From Deltaproteobacteria bacterium (GTDB lineage: Bacteria; Desulfobacterota; GWC2-55-46): a stretch of DNA of 35,171 bases. Positions within the stretch are counted from its first letter, which is position 1. The number at the start of each line of letters is the position of its first letter. Both the position numbers and the translations under genes were made by a program. Positions 11,179-20,646 of this stretch are shown piece by piece. The notes under the pieces were generated by a model. That model did no database searches. It worked only from the letters and a program-made list of their open reading frames with translations, and was not told the origin of the DNA. The DNA lies in the NCBI GenBank assembly GCA_038043305.1, contig JBBTCG010000085.1, positions 1 through 35,171 of the forward strand, given 5' to 3'.

Positions 11179-12972
11179 ATGGGCAAGATAATAAAATCAC
11201 TCGGCATAGTCTTCGGCGACATAGGAACGTCGCCGATATATACACTGACGATTATTTTCCTCTTTACAAAGCCTACATCGGAAAATGTAATAGGCGTACT
11301 TTCACTAATATTGTGGACCGTTATAACCCATGTTACCGTCGAGTACGCATGGCTTGCCACCAGCTTGAGCAAAAAGGGCGAGGGAGGCACGATTGTCCTT
11401 CGTGAACTGTTGACGCCTTACCTTACAACCGGCAGGCGCGTCGCTTTTATGACGTTCCTTTCCTTTGTTGCCATATCCCTTTTCGTCGGCGACGGAGTAA
11501 TAACCCCTGCGATAAGTATTTTGAGCGCGGTTGAAGGCATACTGCTCATACCAGGCTTTGAAGATGTAAGTCAGGGCAAGCTCATCCTCGTGGCCGCTAT
11601 GATAGCCGTTTTCCTCTTTGCCATCCAGAAGAAGGGCACTGAAAAAGTGGCATGGGCATTTGGCCCGTTGATGATGGTCTGGTTTCTGGTTCTGGCCATT
11701 TCCGGGATAGCTTCTATTTTATATTCTCCAACGGTATTCTGGGCAATAAATCCTTACTACGGGCTTAAATTCATCTACTCAAACGGTTTTGTAGGTTTTC
11801 TTATCCTTAACGAAGTAATACTGTGTGCTACAGGCGGAGAAGCTTTGTATTCCGATATGGGGCACCTCGGCAGGTGGCCGATAATAAAGGCATGGAATTA
11901 TGTATTTATAGCGCTTATGTTGAATTACTTCGGGCAGGGTTCCTTTATTCTCAGGCATCCTGAGGCGAAAAACATACTCTTCGAGATGATATTCAGTCAG
12001 GCGCAGATACTCTATGTCCCTTTTTTGATTCTTAGCATCTTTGCAACGATAGTAGCGTCGCAGGCAATGATAAGCGGCATGTTCTCGCTTGTTTATCAGG
12101 GCATAACGACACACATTATCCCGCTTTTCAAGGTGAATTACACATCAAAGGATTTGAAGGGGCAGATATACATAGGTTTCGTAAACTGGTTTTTGCTCAT
12201 CGGCGTGATATTCATCATGTATGAATTCAGGGCGTCTCATAATCTTGCGATAGCCTACGGGCTTGCCGTTAACGGCACCATGACGATAACCGCGACAATG
12301 ATGACATTTATTTTTTATTACCGTAGGGCCTATATAAAGGCCGCGGTTTCATTCCTGCTGATCTTTATAGACCTTGCGTTCCTTGTCTCCAACATGTTTA
12401 AGATTCCGCACGGAGGATACTGGTCTATCGTAATAGCCATGTTTCCGCTTGCCATGATACTTATTTACACGAAGGGACAGAGGCGGCTTTACAAGGCGCT
12501 CCGTCCGCTTAACAGGGACGCCTTCCTAATCGGTTTCAACCAGATTTACGAGGGACTTTGCAAGATAAGCGGCACCGCGCTGTTCTTCGCCAAGGACGAC
12601 AAGGAGATAGCCCCGTACATAGTCCACACCATGTTCAAGAACCACATCATCTACGAGGACAACGTAATCGTCTCAATTACAAGAACCGATGAGCCGTACG
12701 GCCTGAACTTTTACTTCAAGGAGCCGCTTGCGCCGGGGCTCCGTAGTTTTGAGATACAATCCGGCTACATGGAGGTCGTTGACGTAGAGGAAATATTGAA
12801 GACGTCGTCAATCAACGAAAAGACTATCTTCTACGGCCTTGAGGAGATAGCTACGGAAAATCCCGTGTGGAAGGTTTTTTCTCTAATAAAAAAACTCACG
12901 CCGTCGTTCCTTCAATTCTACAAACTCCCTCCAAACAAGCTCCACGGCGTAATTACCCGCGTCGAGATGTGA
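11179..12972 (+). CDS. kup: KUP/HAK/KT family potassium transporter
   Basis: GIVFGDIGTSPIY, GEGG, GDGVITPAISILSAVEG, TGGEALYSDMGH, GQIYI, AYGLAV. Many TM helices. Confidence 0.95.
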   Translation: MGKIIKSLGIVFGDIGTSPIYTLTIIFLFTKPTSENVIGVLSLILWTVITHVTVEYAWLATSLSKKGEGGTIVLRELLTPYLTTGRRVAFMTFLSFVAISLFVGDGVITPAISILSAVEGILLIPGFEDVSQGKLILVAAMIAVFLFAIQKKGTEKVAWAFGPLMMVWFLVLAISGIASILYSPTVFWAINPYYGLKFIYSNGFVGFLILNEVILCATGGEALYSDMGHLGRWPIIKAWNYVFIALMLNYFGQGSFILRHPEAKNILFEMIFSQAQILYVPFLILSIFATIVASQAMISGMFSLVYQGITTHIIPLFKVNYTSKDLKGQIYIGFVNWFLLIGVIFIMYEFRASHNLAIAYGLAVNGTMTITATMMTFIFYYRRAYIKAAVSFLLIFIDLAFLVSNMFKIPHGGYWSIVIAMFPLAMILIYTKGQRRLYKALRPLNRDAFLIGFNQIYEGLCKISGTALFFAKDDKEIAPYIVHTMFKNHIIYEDNVIVSITRTDEPYGLNFYFKEPLAPGLRSFEIQSGYMEVVDVEEILKTSSINEKTIFYGLEEIATENPVWKVFSLIKKLTPSFLQFYKLPPNKLHGVITRVEM

Positions 12973-12982
12973 GGAGACTTCC

Positions 12983-15439
12983 TTGGGCAAGGACAGCGCT
13001 CATGACAAAACCGGCATTGAACGCATAAAGGCCGCGCTTGCAAGGCCGTTTGCCTTTGCCTCAAAGGACTCTTTCGCGCACATCGAGTCAATCAAGGGGC
13101 TTGACGCGCTCGTCTCAACCCTGTGCGACGGGGAGGCACGCCATGCGACCGATGTTCAACTCTCCGCAATAACGACGCTCAAACGTCTGTTCAACGATTT
13201 CGATTCCCTTTCAAGCGATTATAAAAAGGAACGCATACGCGAGGCACAGCGCTTGTTGGATGCAGATGCCTGCGAGGCGCATCCCGCGCCTCTTGCAGCA
13301 AAGCCGCCTCTTACGGAACAAGAGGCCGATGAGAGGCTCAAGGAGCTTCAAGCGCCGCTAAGGTTCGTCAAAGGCATTGGCCCAAGGTTGGCTGAGAGGT
13401 TTGCCGCAAAGGGGCTTTTGACCGTGGAGGACATGCTCTATTGCCTGCCGCTTCGCTACGAAGACAGGAGCAGATTGAAAAAGGTGCAGGGGCTTGCCGT
13501 TGGCGAGGATGCCGCAGTTTTAGTAACGGTGATAGCCTCCTCTGAGGCGCGTTACGGCGCTCGCAAGGTCTTTGAGATGGTTGCCAACGACTCCACAGGC
13601 ATCTTGAAGGTCAAGTGGTTCCACTACAAGCTCTCATACATGAAAAATCGCTGCAAGAGCGGCTCAAGGCTGATCCTGTACGGCCGTGTATCAAAGTTCG
13701 GACATCAGATCGAGATGATACACCCGGACATAGAGGAGATGGACGAATCTGAAACAATAGCCTCTTCATCCGGCGTTGTGCCCGTGTACTCTCAGCTTGA
13801 CGGGGTTCATCAAAAGACCCTTAGAAAGATATTCGGCTCTATTGTCGCGGACTACGGACATAAGGCCGTTGACTCCGTGCCCGTTGCGATACGCTCAAGG
13901 CGCCGGGTCTCGGAGCAGTCAAAGGCCTTTGAGGCTCTGCATCTGCCTCAATCGTCCGGCTTATTTTTGGAGAAGGCGCGTGAGGCCCGCCGAACCCTTG
14001 CGTATGACGAGCTCTTTATGCTGGAGCTTGGCCTTGCAATGAGGAGAAGGGCGATAAAAAAAGAGGGCGGCATTGCGTTCGATGCCGCAAGGAAGGACCC
14101 ATCCGGTCTTGAGGCGCGCTTGCGCGAGAGCCTGCCGTTTTCACTTACCACGGCTCAGGAGAGGGCGCTTTCTGAGATTAAAAAAGATATGAACGCGCCC
14201 TTGCCCATGAACAGGCTCATACAGGGCGACGTAGGTTCCGGCAAGACCGTCGTGAGCCTCATCGCCGCGCTTATGGCGATAGAATCAGGCTATCAGGCGG
14301 CGATAATGTCGCCTACCGAGATATTGGCGGAGCAGCACTACCTTACCGTTCATCGTTATATGGAAACCATCGGCATCCGCGCTATGCTTCTTAGGGGCGC
14401 AATGAAGGCAAAAGAGAGGCGCGTCGTCCTCAAGGAGATACAGGAAGGCGGCGTAGACCTTATCATCGGCACTCATGCCCTGATACAAAAAGACGTGGAG
14501 TTTGCCAAACTCGGGCTTGTCATCATAGACGAGCAGCACCGTTTTGGCGTGGTGCAAAGGGGAGAGTTGCGTAAAAAGGCCCAAGGCGCGTCTCCAGACA
14601 TGCTGATAATGACCGCTACGCCGATACCGAGGACGCTTGCAATGACGGCGTTCGGAGACCTTGACGTTTCCATAATTGACCAGCTGCCTCCTGGAAGACA
14701 GCCGGTCAGGACGCGCATATTGAGGGAAAAGGACAGGGCATCGGCGTATCAGGCGATAAGCAGAGCGCTGGTCGAGGGCGGCCAGTGCTACATCGTTTAT
14801 CCGCTCGTCGAGGAGTCCAAGGAGGTGCCGCTCAAGGACGCGACGAGCATGAAGGAGCATCTTCAGAGGGATATATTTCCTGAGCACAGGATAGGACTTC
14901 TACACGGCAGGCTCACAACCGTTGAGAAGGAGTCGGTCATGCGCGACTTCAAGGACGGACGCACGCATATACTCGTGTCAACGACGGTCATCGAGGTAGG
15001 GGTTGACGTGCCCAACGCCACGGTCATGCTCATCGAGCACGCCGAGCGATTCGGCCTGGCCCAGCTTCATCAGTTGAGGGGCAGGGTAGGAAGGGGCGTC
15101 AAGCCCTCGCTCTGCATGCTGCTTGCCGCATGGACAAACTCAGAGGATACATACAAAAGACTCAAGGTAATGACCGAGACAAGCGACGGCTTCCAACTGG
15201 CAGAAGAGGACTTGAAGATACGCGGCCCCGGTAACTTTACCGGCGTCAGACAGTCGGGTCTTCCTGATCTGAGACTGTCATTTGCCTTGACCGATACAGC
15301 GCTCCTCAAGGCCGCGCGCGATGATGCGTTCGGGTATTTAGAGCAAAACCCTGAGCTTGCAGGGCCCGAAGGCATCCTGATAAAAAAGATATTGAAGTCT
15401 CGCTGGGCCTCAAGGCTGGAGCTTGCCGAGGTCGGTTGA
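12983..15439 (+). CDS. recG: ATP-dependent DNA helicase RecG with N-terminal extension
   Basis: VKGIGP, LPLRYEDR, QGDVGSGKT, DEQHRFGV, TATPIPRT, QLHQLRGRVGRG, DLKIRGPG. Confidence 0.96.
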   Translation: MGKDSAHDKTGIERIKAALARPFAFASKDSFAHIESIKGLDALVSTLCDGEARHATDVQLSAITTLKRLFNDFDSLSSDYKKERIREAQRLLDADACEAHPAPLAAKPPLTEQEADERLKELQAPLRFVKGIGPRLAERFAAKGLLTVEDMLYCLPLRYEDRSRLKKVQGLAVGEDAAVLVTVIASSEARYGARKVFEMVANDSTGILKVKWFHYKLSYMKNRCKSGSRLILYGRVSKFGHQIEMIHPDIEEMDESETIASSSGVVPVYSQLDGVHQKTLRKIFGSIVADYGHKAVDSVPVAIRSRRRVSEQSKAFEALHLPQSSGLFLEKAREARRTLAYDELFMLELGLAMRRRAIKKEGGIAFDAARKDPSGLEARLRESLPFSLTTAQERALSEIKKDMNAPLPMNRLIQGDVGSGKTVVSLIAALMAIESGYQAAIMSPTEILAEQHYLTVHRYMETIGIRAMLLRGAMKAKERRVVLKEIQEGGVDLIIGTHALIQKDVEFAKLGLVIIDEQHRFGVVQRGELRKKAQGASPDMLIMTATPIPRTLAMTAFGDLDVSIIDQLPPGRQPVRTRILREKDRASAYQAISRALVEGGQCYIVYPLVEESKEVPLKDATSMKEHLQRDIFPEHRIGLLHGRLTTVEKESVMRDFKDGRTHILVSTTVIEVGVDVPNATVMLIEHAERFGLAQLHQLRGRVGRGVKPSLCMLLAAWTNSEDTYKRLKVMTETSDGFQLAEEDLKIRGPGNFTGVRQSGLPDLRLSFALTDTALLKAARDDAFGYLEQNPELAGPEGILIKKILKSRWASRLELAEVG

Positions 15440-15467
15440 TTTCGCTGGATAGTAAAAGCGCTTGTCC

Positions 15468-15496
15468 TTGACTATCGCATTATTCTAAGGTATAAA
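15468..15496 (+). promoter_or_regulatory. Sigma70-type promoter of tRNA-Gly, TTGACT-17-TATAAA
   Basis: Near-consensus hexamers about 20 nt upstream of the tRNA. Confidence 0.65.
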
Positions 15497-15517
15497 ACAT
15501 TGTTAGCCAAGACGTGT

Positions 15518-15591
15518 GCGGGTGTAGTTCAGTGGTAGAATGAAAGCTTCCCAAGCTTTAGACGTGGGTTCGATTCCCATCACCCGCTCCA
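15518..15591 (+). tRNA. tRNA-Gly(CCC)
   Basis: GCGGGTG/CACCCGC acceptor stem, AAAGC-TTCCCAA-GCTTT anticodon arm, GGTTCGATTCC T arm, encoded TCCA end. 74 nt. Confidence 0.97.
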
Positions 15592-15748
15592 AAATTAACG
15601 ATAGACTTGAAGGAATCGAACGCCCTGCGAACGCCGAGCGGAGCGAGGATGAGGGAGCGCGGGAGCGCGACCGGAAGTGAGCAGGGCCGGGGTCGGAGCG
15701 AGGAGCGGGAGCGACGAGCGAAGACCTATTCCCATCACCCGCTCCAAA
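15573..15748 (+). mobile_element. Miniature tRNA-associated element: 155-bp unit bounded by a 21-bp direct repeat of the tRNA 3' end
   Basis: ATTCCCATCACCCGCTCCAAA occurs at 15573-15593 and 15728-15748. The interior has GGAATCGAAC (complement of the T arm) and eight GAGCG motifs. Confidence 0.75.
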
Positions 15749-15782
15749 TGAACGTCATATTTCAAATCAAGGGAGCATTGTA

Positions 15783-16217
15783 ATGCGCGTAAGGATAGAG
15801 GTCGGCGAGCCGCGCGGTTTTGACGCCGGCGGCAATACCAACGTAATAGAAGGCGAACTTGTTGAGTCCCTTTGCGGCTCCAAGAGCATGGAAAAGGAGC
15901 CGAATATCGTAGCAATCATTCAGGCGCACAAAGGGGAGGAGCCCAAGAGAGAGACGGTTATTGACTACTGGCTTGTCGTAAATTGTCCACGGGTCGAGTT
16001 CGAGGACATGAAGTTTTCCAGCCTATTCCTTACGCCTCGATACAAGGTCAAGAAGTCTCCTCTTGAGATCCTCGATGCCGATGAGCCGCTGGTGGTAAAC
16101 GGCTATTGGCTTGCGAACGGCAACGTGTGGGACGAGACCTCGGTAGCCGCTGCACAAGAGGGCGCAATCGAGGTAAATGGACACATAGTTGGAAACGTTA
16201 CCCGCATCAAGGAATAA
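15783..16217 (+). CDS. Hypothetical protein, 144 aa
   Basis: SD AAGGGAG before ATG, coding-like composition, fills the intergenic space. No family recognised. Confidence 0.7.
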   Translation: MRVRIEVGEPRGFDAGGNTNVIEGELVESLCGSKSMEKEPNIVAIIQAHKGEEPKRETVIDYWLVVNCPRVEFEDMKFSSLFLTPRYKVKKSPLEILDADEPLVVNGYWLANGNVWDETSVAAAQEGAIEVNGHIVGNVTRIKE

Positions 16218-16313
16218 AGCCTTTCTCAAGCTGCACGCCGCCTATCGTTGTTTTCCAGGTCATAAAACAGCATTACGTCCGATTCTATAGGCTTAAACGA
16301 GCGGCACCCTTTT

Positions 16314-16342
16314 TTGCAAAAATGGTCTGATATGGTTATAAT
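16314..16342 (+). promoter_or_regulatory. Sigma70-type promoter TTGCAA-17-TATAAT for the exporter operon
   Basis: Perfect -10 box and 17-bp spacer. Confidence 0.65.
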
Positions 16343-16378
16343 GTCGTTTGTCCGACAGCGCCTTATTGGAGACTTTTT

Positions 16379-17452
16379 ATGGCATTGGCTGGAAAACGGT
16401 TGAAGCTGTTTATCGGTATTGGCATTGGAATTGTCGCGCTTGCGTTCCTTGTGTCCTATCCAAGGATATTCAGGCAACCGGCCGCAACCGGATATATAGA
16501 GACAACCGGCGAGATGGAGGCGGTTGAGGTTGAACTATCGTCCGCGTTTTCCGGCGCTCTTGAGTGGTTGTGTTGCGACGTTGGTTCAACCGTAAAGACC
16601 GGAGACGTTGCCTTCAGGCTTGCCTCTGACGAGTTGAAGGCGCGGCTTGCCGAAGGCGAGGCCGTCGTGCAAAGCGCCATGCGGTCGCTTGACGAGGCGA
16701 AGATCGGTTTGGAAAATGCCGTTGCCGCGCTGGAGGCGCAAAGGCTTGAGGCCGATGCCGCAAAGGAGGAGGCGCTGAGGGTCAAGGCGCTTGCCGACGA
16801 GGCTCAAGAAAACCTTGGGCGCGTCAAGGGTCTTTTCAGCGAGGGCTTTGTTTCCAAAAAGGAGATAGACGCGGCTCAGGCGCACTATAATTCATTGAGC
16901 GCACAGCACGCATCTATGGCGGCGCGGCAAAAGAGCGCGCTGATAGCGGTGAGAAATGCCGATATTAATATCAAGGCGGCGAAGGCCCGCATCCAGACCG
17001 CCGAGGCCAGAGCGGCCGAGAAGCGGGCGCAGATAAAGGTAGTTCAAACCCAGCTTGCCGATTTAGCGGTCAGGTCGCCCATAAACGGCGTTATCGCGCA
17101 AAAGTCGTTTGAAGCCGGCGAGAGGGCGCCGGCAGGCGCGTCCGTATACACGGTGGTTGACCTTGATAATATCTGGGCAAGGGTGGACATTGACGAAACG
17201 CGGATACGCGAGATACGCCTTGGCGGTAGAGTTGAGATATTCGCGGCTGATAGTCAAAACGCCCTCGAGGCCTCGGTTGTAGAGATATCGGAGTTGGCCG
17301 CCTTTGCGACGCAGCGCGACGTTACGCGGGGCAGGAACGATATAAAATCCTTCAGGGTAAAGGCGAAGATCGTCAAGCCTGACGGGATGCTAAAACCGGG
17401 TATGACGGTTAGAGCGAGGTTTTATCCCCTACCTTTCTTGAAAGAAAGGTAG
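16379..17452 (+). CDS. HlyD-family periplasmic adaptor (YbhG-like)
   Basis: N-terminal TM anchor, lipoyl half-motifs (GSTVKTGD, VRSPINGVI), long coiled coil, LKPGM. Confidence 0.9.
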   Translation: MALAGKRLKLFIGIGIGIVALAFLVSYPRIFRQPAATGYIETTGEMEAVEVELSSAFSGALEWLCCDVGSTVKTGDVAFRLASDELKARLAEGEAVVQSAMRSLDEAKIGLENAVAALEAQRLEADAAKEEALRVKALADEAQENLGRVKGLFSEGFVSKKEIDAAQAHYNSLSAQHASMAARQKSALIAVRNADINIKAAKARIQTAEARAAEKRAQIKVVQTQLADLAVRSPINGVIAQKSFEAGERAPAGASVYTVVDLDNIWARVDIDETRIREIRLGGRVEIFAADSQNALEASVVEISELAAFATQRDVTRGRNDIKSFRVKAKIVKPDGMLKPGMTVRARFYPLPFLKER

Positions 17453-17468
17453 GCCAAAGAGATTAAAT
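17428..17468 (-). repeat. Dispersed repeat family, partial inverted copy forming the HlyD C-terminus
   Basis: Reverse complement ATTTAATCTCTTTGGCCTACCTTTCTTTCAAGAAAGGTAGG matches the 3' half of the copy ending at 25351. Confidence 0.85.
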
Positions 17469-17494
17469 ACCACGGTCACGGCCTTTAATGCCTT

Positions 17495-18502
17495 ATGCCC
17501 CCTTATGCGATTGAGATAAACGAGTTAAGGAAGGTCTACCCCGGCGTAGTCGCGGTTGACGGCGTATCCATGTCCATCCCCGCCGGGGAGTGCTTTGGGC
17601 TTCTTGGCCCGAACGGCGCGGGCAAGACCACGCTGATAAGGATACTCACCACGCTCATAAAGCCTACGTCCGGCTCGGCTGCGGTGGGCGGATATGACGT
17701 GGTAAGAGAGAGCGCGAGGGTAAGAGAGATCATCGGCGTCATACCGCAGGCCATGACCAGCGACTTAGACCTGACCGGATTTGAGATCCTCGACATCCAT
17801 GCGCGGTTTTTCGGCATGAAAAAAAAGGAACGCGCCGGGCGTATCGCAGAGCTGCTGCATCTCGTCGGTTTGCAGGACAGGGCAGGGGACCTCGTTGCGA
17901 CCTATTCGGGCGGCATGAGAAGGAGGCTTGAGATTGCAAGGGGGCTGGTGCATAAGCCCTCCATCCTCATCCTTGACGAGCCTACCATCGGTCTGGATCC
18001 GCAGAGCAGGCACGTCGTATGGGACCTGCTTGAGAAGTTCATGGCAACGGACTTACTTACCATACTGCTTACCACTCACTACATGGAGGAGGCCGAATCG
18101 CTTTGCGACAAGGTGGCGATCATAGACTACGGCAAGATCGTGGCGCTTGACACCGTTGACGGCCTGAAAAAACAGATACCTGAAAAAGACGTAGTTGAAC
18201 TGACCGTCTCTGGATATGACCTTCAAGCGGCGGCAAGTTCTGTGAGGACGATAAACAACGTAACCTCATGCGCCCTGACAGGGGATACGCTCATCGTGTC
18301 CGCGGACAACGGCGCAGAGATCATACCCGTGCTCGTTGACGCCTTAAAACGCCTTGGCGCGCTCGTGAGGCGCGTAACGCTCAAGGAGCAGACGCTTGAG
18401 GACGTGTTCATACACTTCACAGGAAGGCCGATACGGGAAGAGGAGGCGAAGAAGGTGAGCTTCCTCCTCGGCGCGGGCGTCCCTACAAAACTCTCAAGAT
18501 AA
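17495..18502 (+). CDS. ABC transporter ATP-binding protein (DrrA/NodI-like)
   Basis: GPNGAGKT, YSGGMRRR, LDEPTIGLDP, TTHYMEEA, TLEDVFIHFTG. Confidence 0.93.
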   Translation: MPPYAIEINELRKVYPGVVAVDGVSMSIPAGECFGLLGPNGAGKTTLIRILTTLIKPTSGSAAVGGYDVVRESARVREIIGVIPQAMTSDLDLTGFEILDIHARFFGMKKKERAGRIAELLHLVGLQDRAGDLVATYSGGMRRRLEIARGLVHKPSILILDEPTIGLDPQSRHVVWDLLEKFMATDLLTILLTTHYMEEAESLCDKVAIIDYGKIVALDTVDGLKKQIPEKDVVELTVSGYDLQAAASSVRTINNVTSCALTGDTLIVSADNGAEIIPVLVDALKRLGALVRRVTLKEQTLEDVFIHFTGRPIREEEAKKVSFLLGAGVPTKLSR

Positions 18503-18506
18503 TCGC

Positions 18507-19634
18507 ATGAATCGTTTTCTTGCCATATTCGAAAGGGACGTAAGAAAGTTCGTCAGAAACCCGATCGTCGTAATGGTCAGCATCCTGATGCCGCTCGTTT
18601 ACCTTGTCATAATCGGCAACTCCATGCAGGGCGAGCTTAAACGCCTGCCGATAGCGCTCGTTGACATGGATAAAGGACCAGAGGCCATAAGGCTCACCGC
18701 CCTTGTCAGGACCATCGAATCGTCCACCGGTTCGATACGGCTTTTTGAGACGCCCGATGAATCCCTTGCCATGCAGGGGGTTAGGGACGGTCTTTACAAG
18801 GCCGCGCTTGTCATCCCGCCGGGATTCAGCAGGGACATAAGCAGGAGGAGCGCGGCGCAGGCCGGTCTGTTTCTCGACAATGCCGAGACCGTATCCTCGG
18901 CCACGATCCAGAGCGCCCTTGCAAAGGCGTTTGCCGGATTCGGCGCCGAGACGGTGAAGATAAGAAACGAGCGCGCCGGACTTGCCATTGAGATGCGGCC
19001 GATCGAGTTATACCCCAAGTTCGACTACGATCAGACGCTCATCCCCGGCGTCGTGATAATGGCCATATTCCTCGGGGCCATGATGACCGGCGCATTCAAT
19101 CTCGTCATGGACAGATTCCTCGGCGTTGACGAAAGCTATCTGCTTACGCCTCTTACCAAGCGGGACATAGTCATGGGGCTTGTAGCGAGCGGCCTCATTA
19201 TTACAACCATCATCGCCGTCATAGTCCTGTTTTTTTCTTCTCTCATATCAGGCTTGAGGCTGTGGGAGTTGTTGAGTCCGGGTAGCGCCGCTCTGACGCT
19301 TGTAGTTATAATCCTATCCACGCTTGGGCTTCAGGGCATGATGTTCATCATAATGGGCAGGATAAACCATCCGAGGATCGTCGGCGTCCTCGGCGGTTTT
19401 TTGAACGTCATCTTCTTTTTTACGAGCGGGGCGGTATATCCGGTAGAGAGTTTCCCTCCGTGGCTTCGCTCATTTGCATCCGTAAATCCAGAGAGCTATT
19501 CGGTGCACGCGCTGAGGGCGCTGCTTTTCAAGGGCGCCGGGTTTTCAGCCGTTGGGGGAGACATAATCTTTCTCGCATCTTTTTCCGTGGTTACGGTCGC
19601 GGTCGGCATAATGCTGTTCAAACGCACGCTTTGA
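18507..19634 (+). CDS. ABC-2 type transporter permease
   Basis: One N-terminal TM, a periplasmic loop, then five TMs. SGAVYPVESFPPWL..NP motif. Confidence 0.9.
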   Translation: MNRFLAIFERDVRKFVRNPIVVMVSILMPLVYLVIIGNSMQGELKRLPIALVDMDKGPEAIRLTALVRTIESSTGSIRLFETPDESLAMQGVRDGLYKAALVIPPGFSRDISRRSAAQAGLFLDNAETVSSATIQSALAKAFAGFGAETVKIRNERAGLAIEMRPIELYPKFDYDQTLIPGVVIMAIFLGAMMTGAFNLVMDRFLGVDESYLLTPLTKRDIVMGLVASGLIITTIIAVIVLFFSSLISGLRLWELLSPGSAALTLVVIILSTLGLQGMMFIIMGRINHPRIVGVLGGFLNVIFFFTSGAVYPVESFPPWLRSFASVNPESYSVHALRALLFKGAGFSAVGGDIIFLASFSVVTVAVGIMLFKRTL

Positions 19635-19712
19635 CTTGACTTACTTTTCTTTTACGGTTATCCCAAAGCAAGCAAAAGAAAAACCAAACCGGTATCTTGA
19701 TATGAACCGCTT

Positions 19713-20201
19713 TTACTGAAGCGATTTCAAAAATGCGCTCTTGATGGAGTTGCGAAGGACGTTGTCTTTGACGCCGCTTGAGATGCTGATCGCCTTCTCC
19801 AATTCGGCATGGGTGGGTATTCGCATCTGGTTTAAATCGGGGGGCGGCGAAGGTTTTTTTTCCTTTACCTGTCCAATCTTGAAGATAATCTCCAGCACGG
19901 TTTTTTCGCCAACGGCCTTATTTATCCTTTCAACGATATCTGTCTTTGCGTAGGCAAGTTCAGACATCCAGACTGATGAGGTTACGTTGCAGTAAAGCGT
20001 AGTGCCGGAGAGCCTTGTCGGTTCGGACTTTGCCGAGGCAGCGCTTCCCGCGAAGTCCGCCCACTTCTTTTTAATGGTGTAGTCCCTGATAAGCGTTGCT
20101 ATGGGGAGGGATGCGCAGGACGAGGCGAGGAGCGCATTTAGTTTCAAGGGGTCTTTGAGCCTTGGTCTTGAAGGCCTCAAGCCGCTCTTCCAGTTACGCA
20201 T
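19713..20201 (-). CDS. DUF721 / DciA-like helicase loader
   Basis: KKWADFAG...P.RL.G.TLYCNVTSSVWMSELAY.K..IVERIN...EIIFKIG matches the DUF721 pattern. Confidence 0.8.
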   Translation of the reverse strand: MRNWKSGLRPSRPRLKDPLKLNALLASSCASLPIATLIRDYTIKKKWADFAGSAASAKSEPTRLSGTTLYCNVTSSVWMSELAYAKTDIVERINKAVGEKTVLEIIFKIGQVKEKKPSPPPDLNQMRIPTHAELEKAISISSGVKDNVLRNSIKSAFLKSLQ

Positions 20202-20463
20202 CTTTAGATACCTTGGGGGATATGAGATTATTGATCCTGCCGCCGATTAGCTGGCCGATTATAGCCCCGACCGCTATAATCGGTATTATCTGATAGCCGA
20301 CCCCGGCGATTGTCCTCAGGATGTAGATAAACGGGATGGGCAGGTGGATATATAGAAACCATTTGAGAGAGAGTCTCTTGGTCCTGTATCTTAAGTACCC
20401 GAACGGCAGATTCAGAAGGAATGCGGCAAATGTAATGAGAATAAGAGTTAAAATACCGTTCAT
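20194..20463 (-). CDS. Small hypothetical membrane protein (start uncertain: 20463/20472/20481)
   Basis: LLNLPFGYLR...KWFLYIHLPIPF...GQLIGGR. Three hydrophobic segments. Overlaps the DUF721 start. Confidence 0.75.
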   Translation of the reverse strand: MNGILTLILITFAAFLLNLPFGYLRYRTKRLSLKWFLYIHLPIPFIYILRTIAGVGYQIIPIIAVGAIIGQLIGGRINNLISPKVSKDA

Positions 20464-20482
20464 GGTCAGCATACTACACAAT

Positions 20483-20562
20483 AAACTATCAGAGAGGGCG
20501 TCGGGATGTCAAATGATTATTTTGCAAAGCGCTTGACATGGCGGGTGTTTATCCTGTAAAAT
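20483..20562. promoter_or_regulatory. Back-to-back divergent sigma70 promoters
   Basis: Minus strand: TTGACA (20512-20507)-18-TAGTTT with a TG extension. Plus strand: TTGACA (20533)-18-TAAAAT (20557) for ffh. Confidence 0.65.
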
Positions 20563-20646
20563 TAAACGTTTTAATTTAGACTATAGTGCTATCCGGTTGC
20601 CTGATTGAGATTATGATGGCCATGCGTTGGCTGCGGGGTTTATAAA

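Noticed and set aside
11179-12991. TGGGCAAG shared by the kup and recG starts as a second 'duplicated start' event
   Set aside because: Only 8 bp (M-G-K) with no further similarity, which is compatible with chance.
12983-13350. About 120-aa N-terminal extension of RecG as a novel fusion
   Set aside because: Helical N-terminal extensions are known in RecG from several lineages (e.g. Thermotoga), and no separate domain motif is visible.
15594-15727. CRISPR array or small ORF (15595..15915 -) in the GAGCG-rich stretch
   Set aside because: No regularly spaced 23-47 bp repeats and no cas genes. The ORF is low-complexity and overlaps the downstream gene.
20563-20646. Possible SRP RNA (ffs) upstream of ffh
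   Set aside because: No conserved SRP helix-8 motif (CAGG..GGAA..AGCAG) and no long hairpin.
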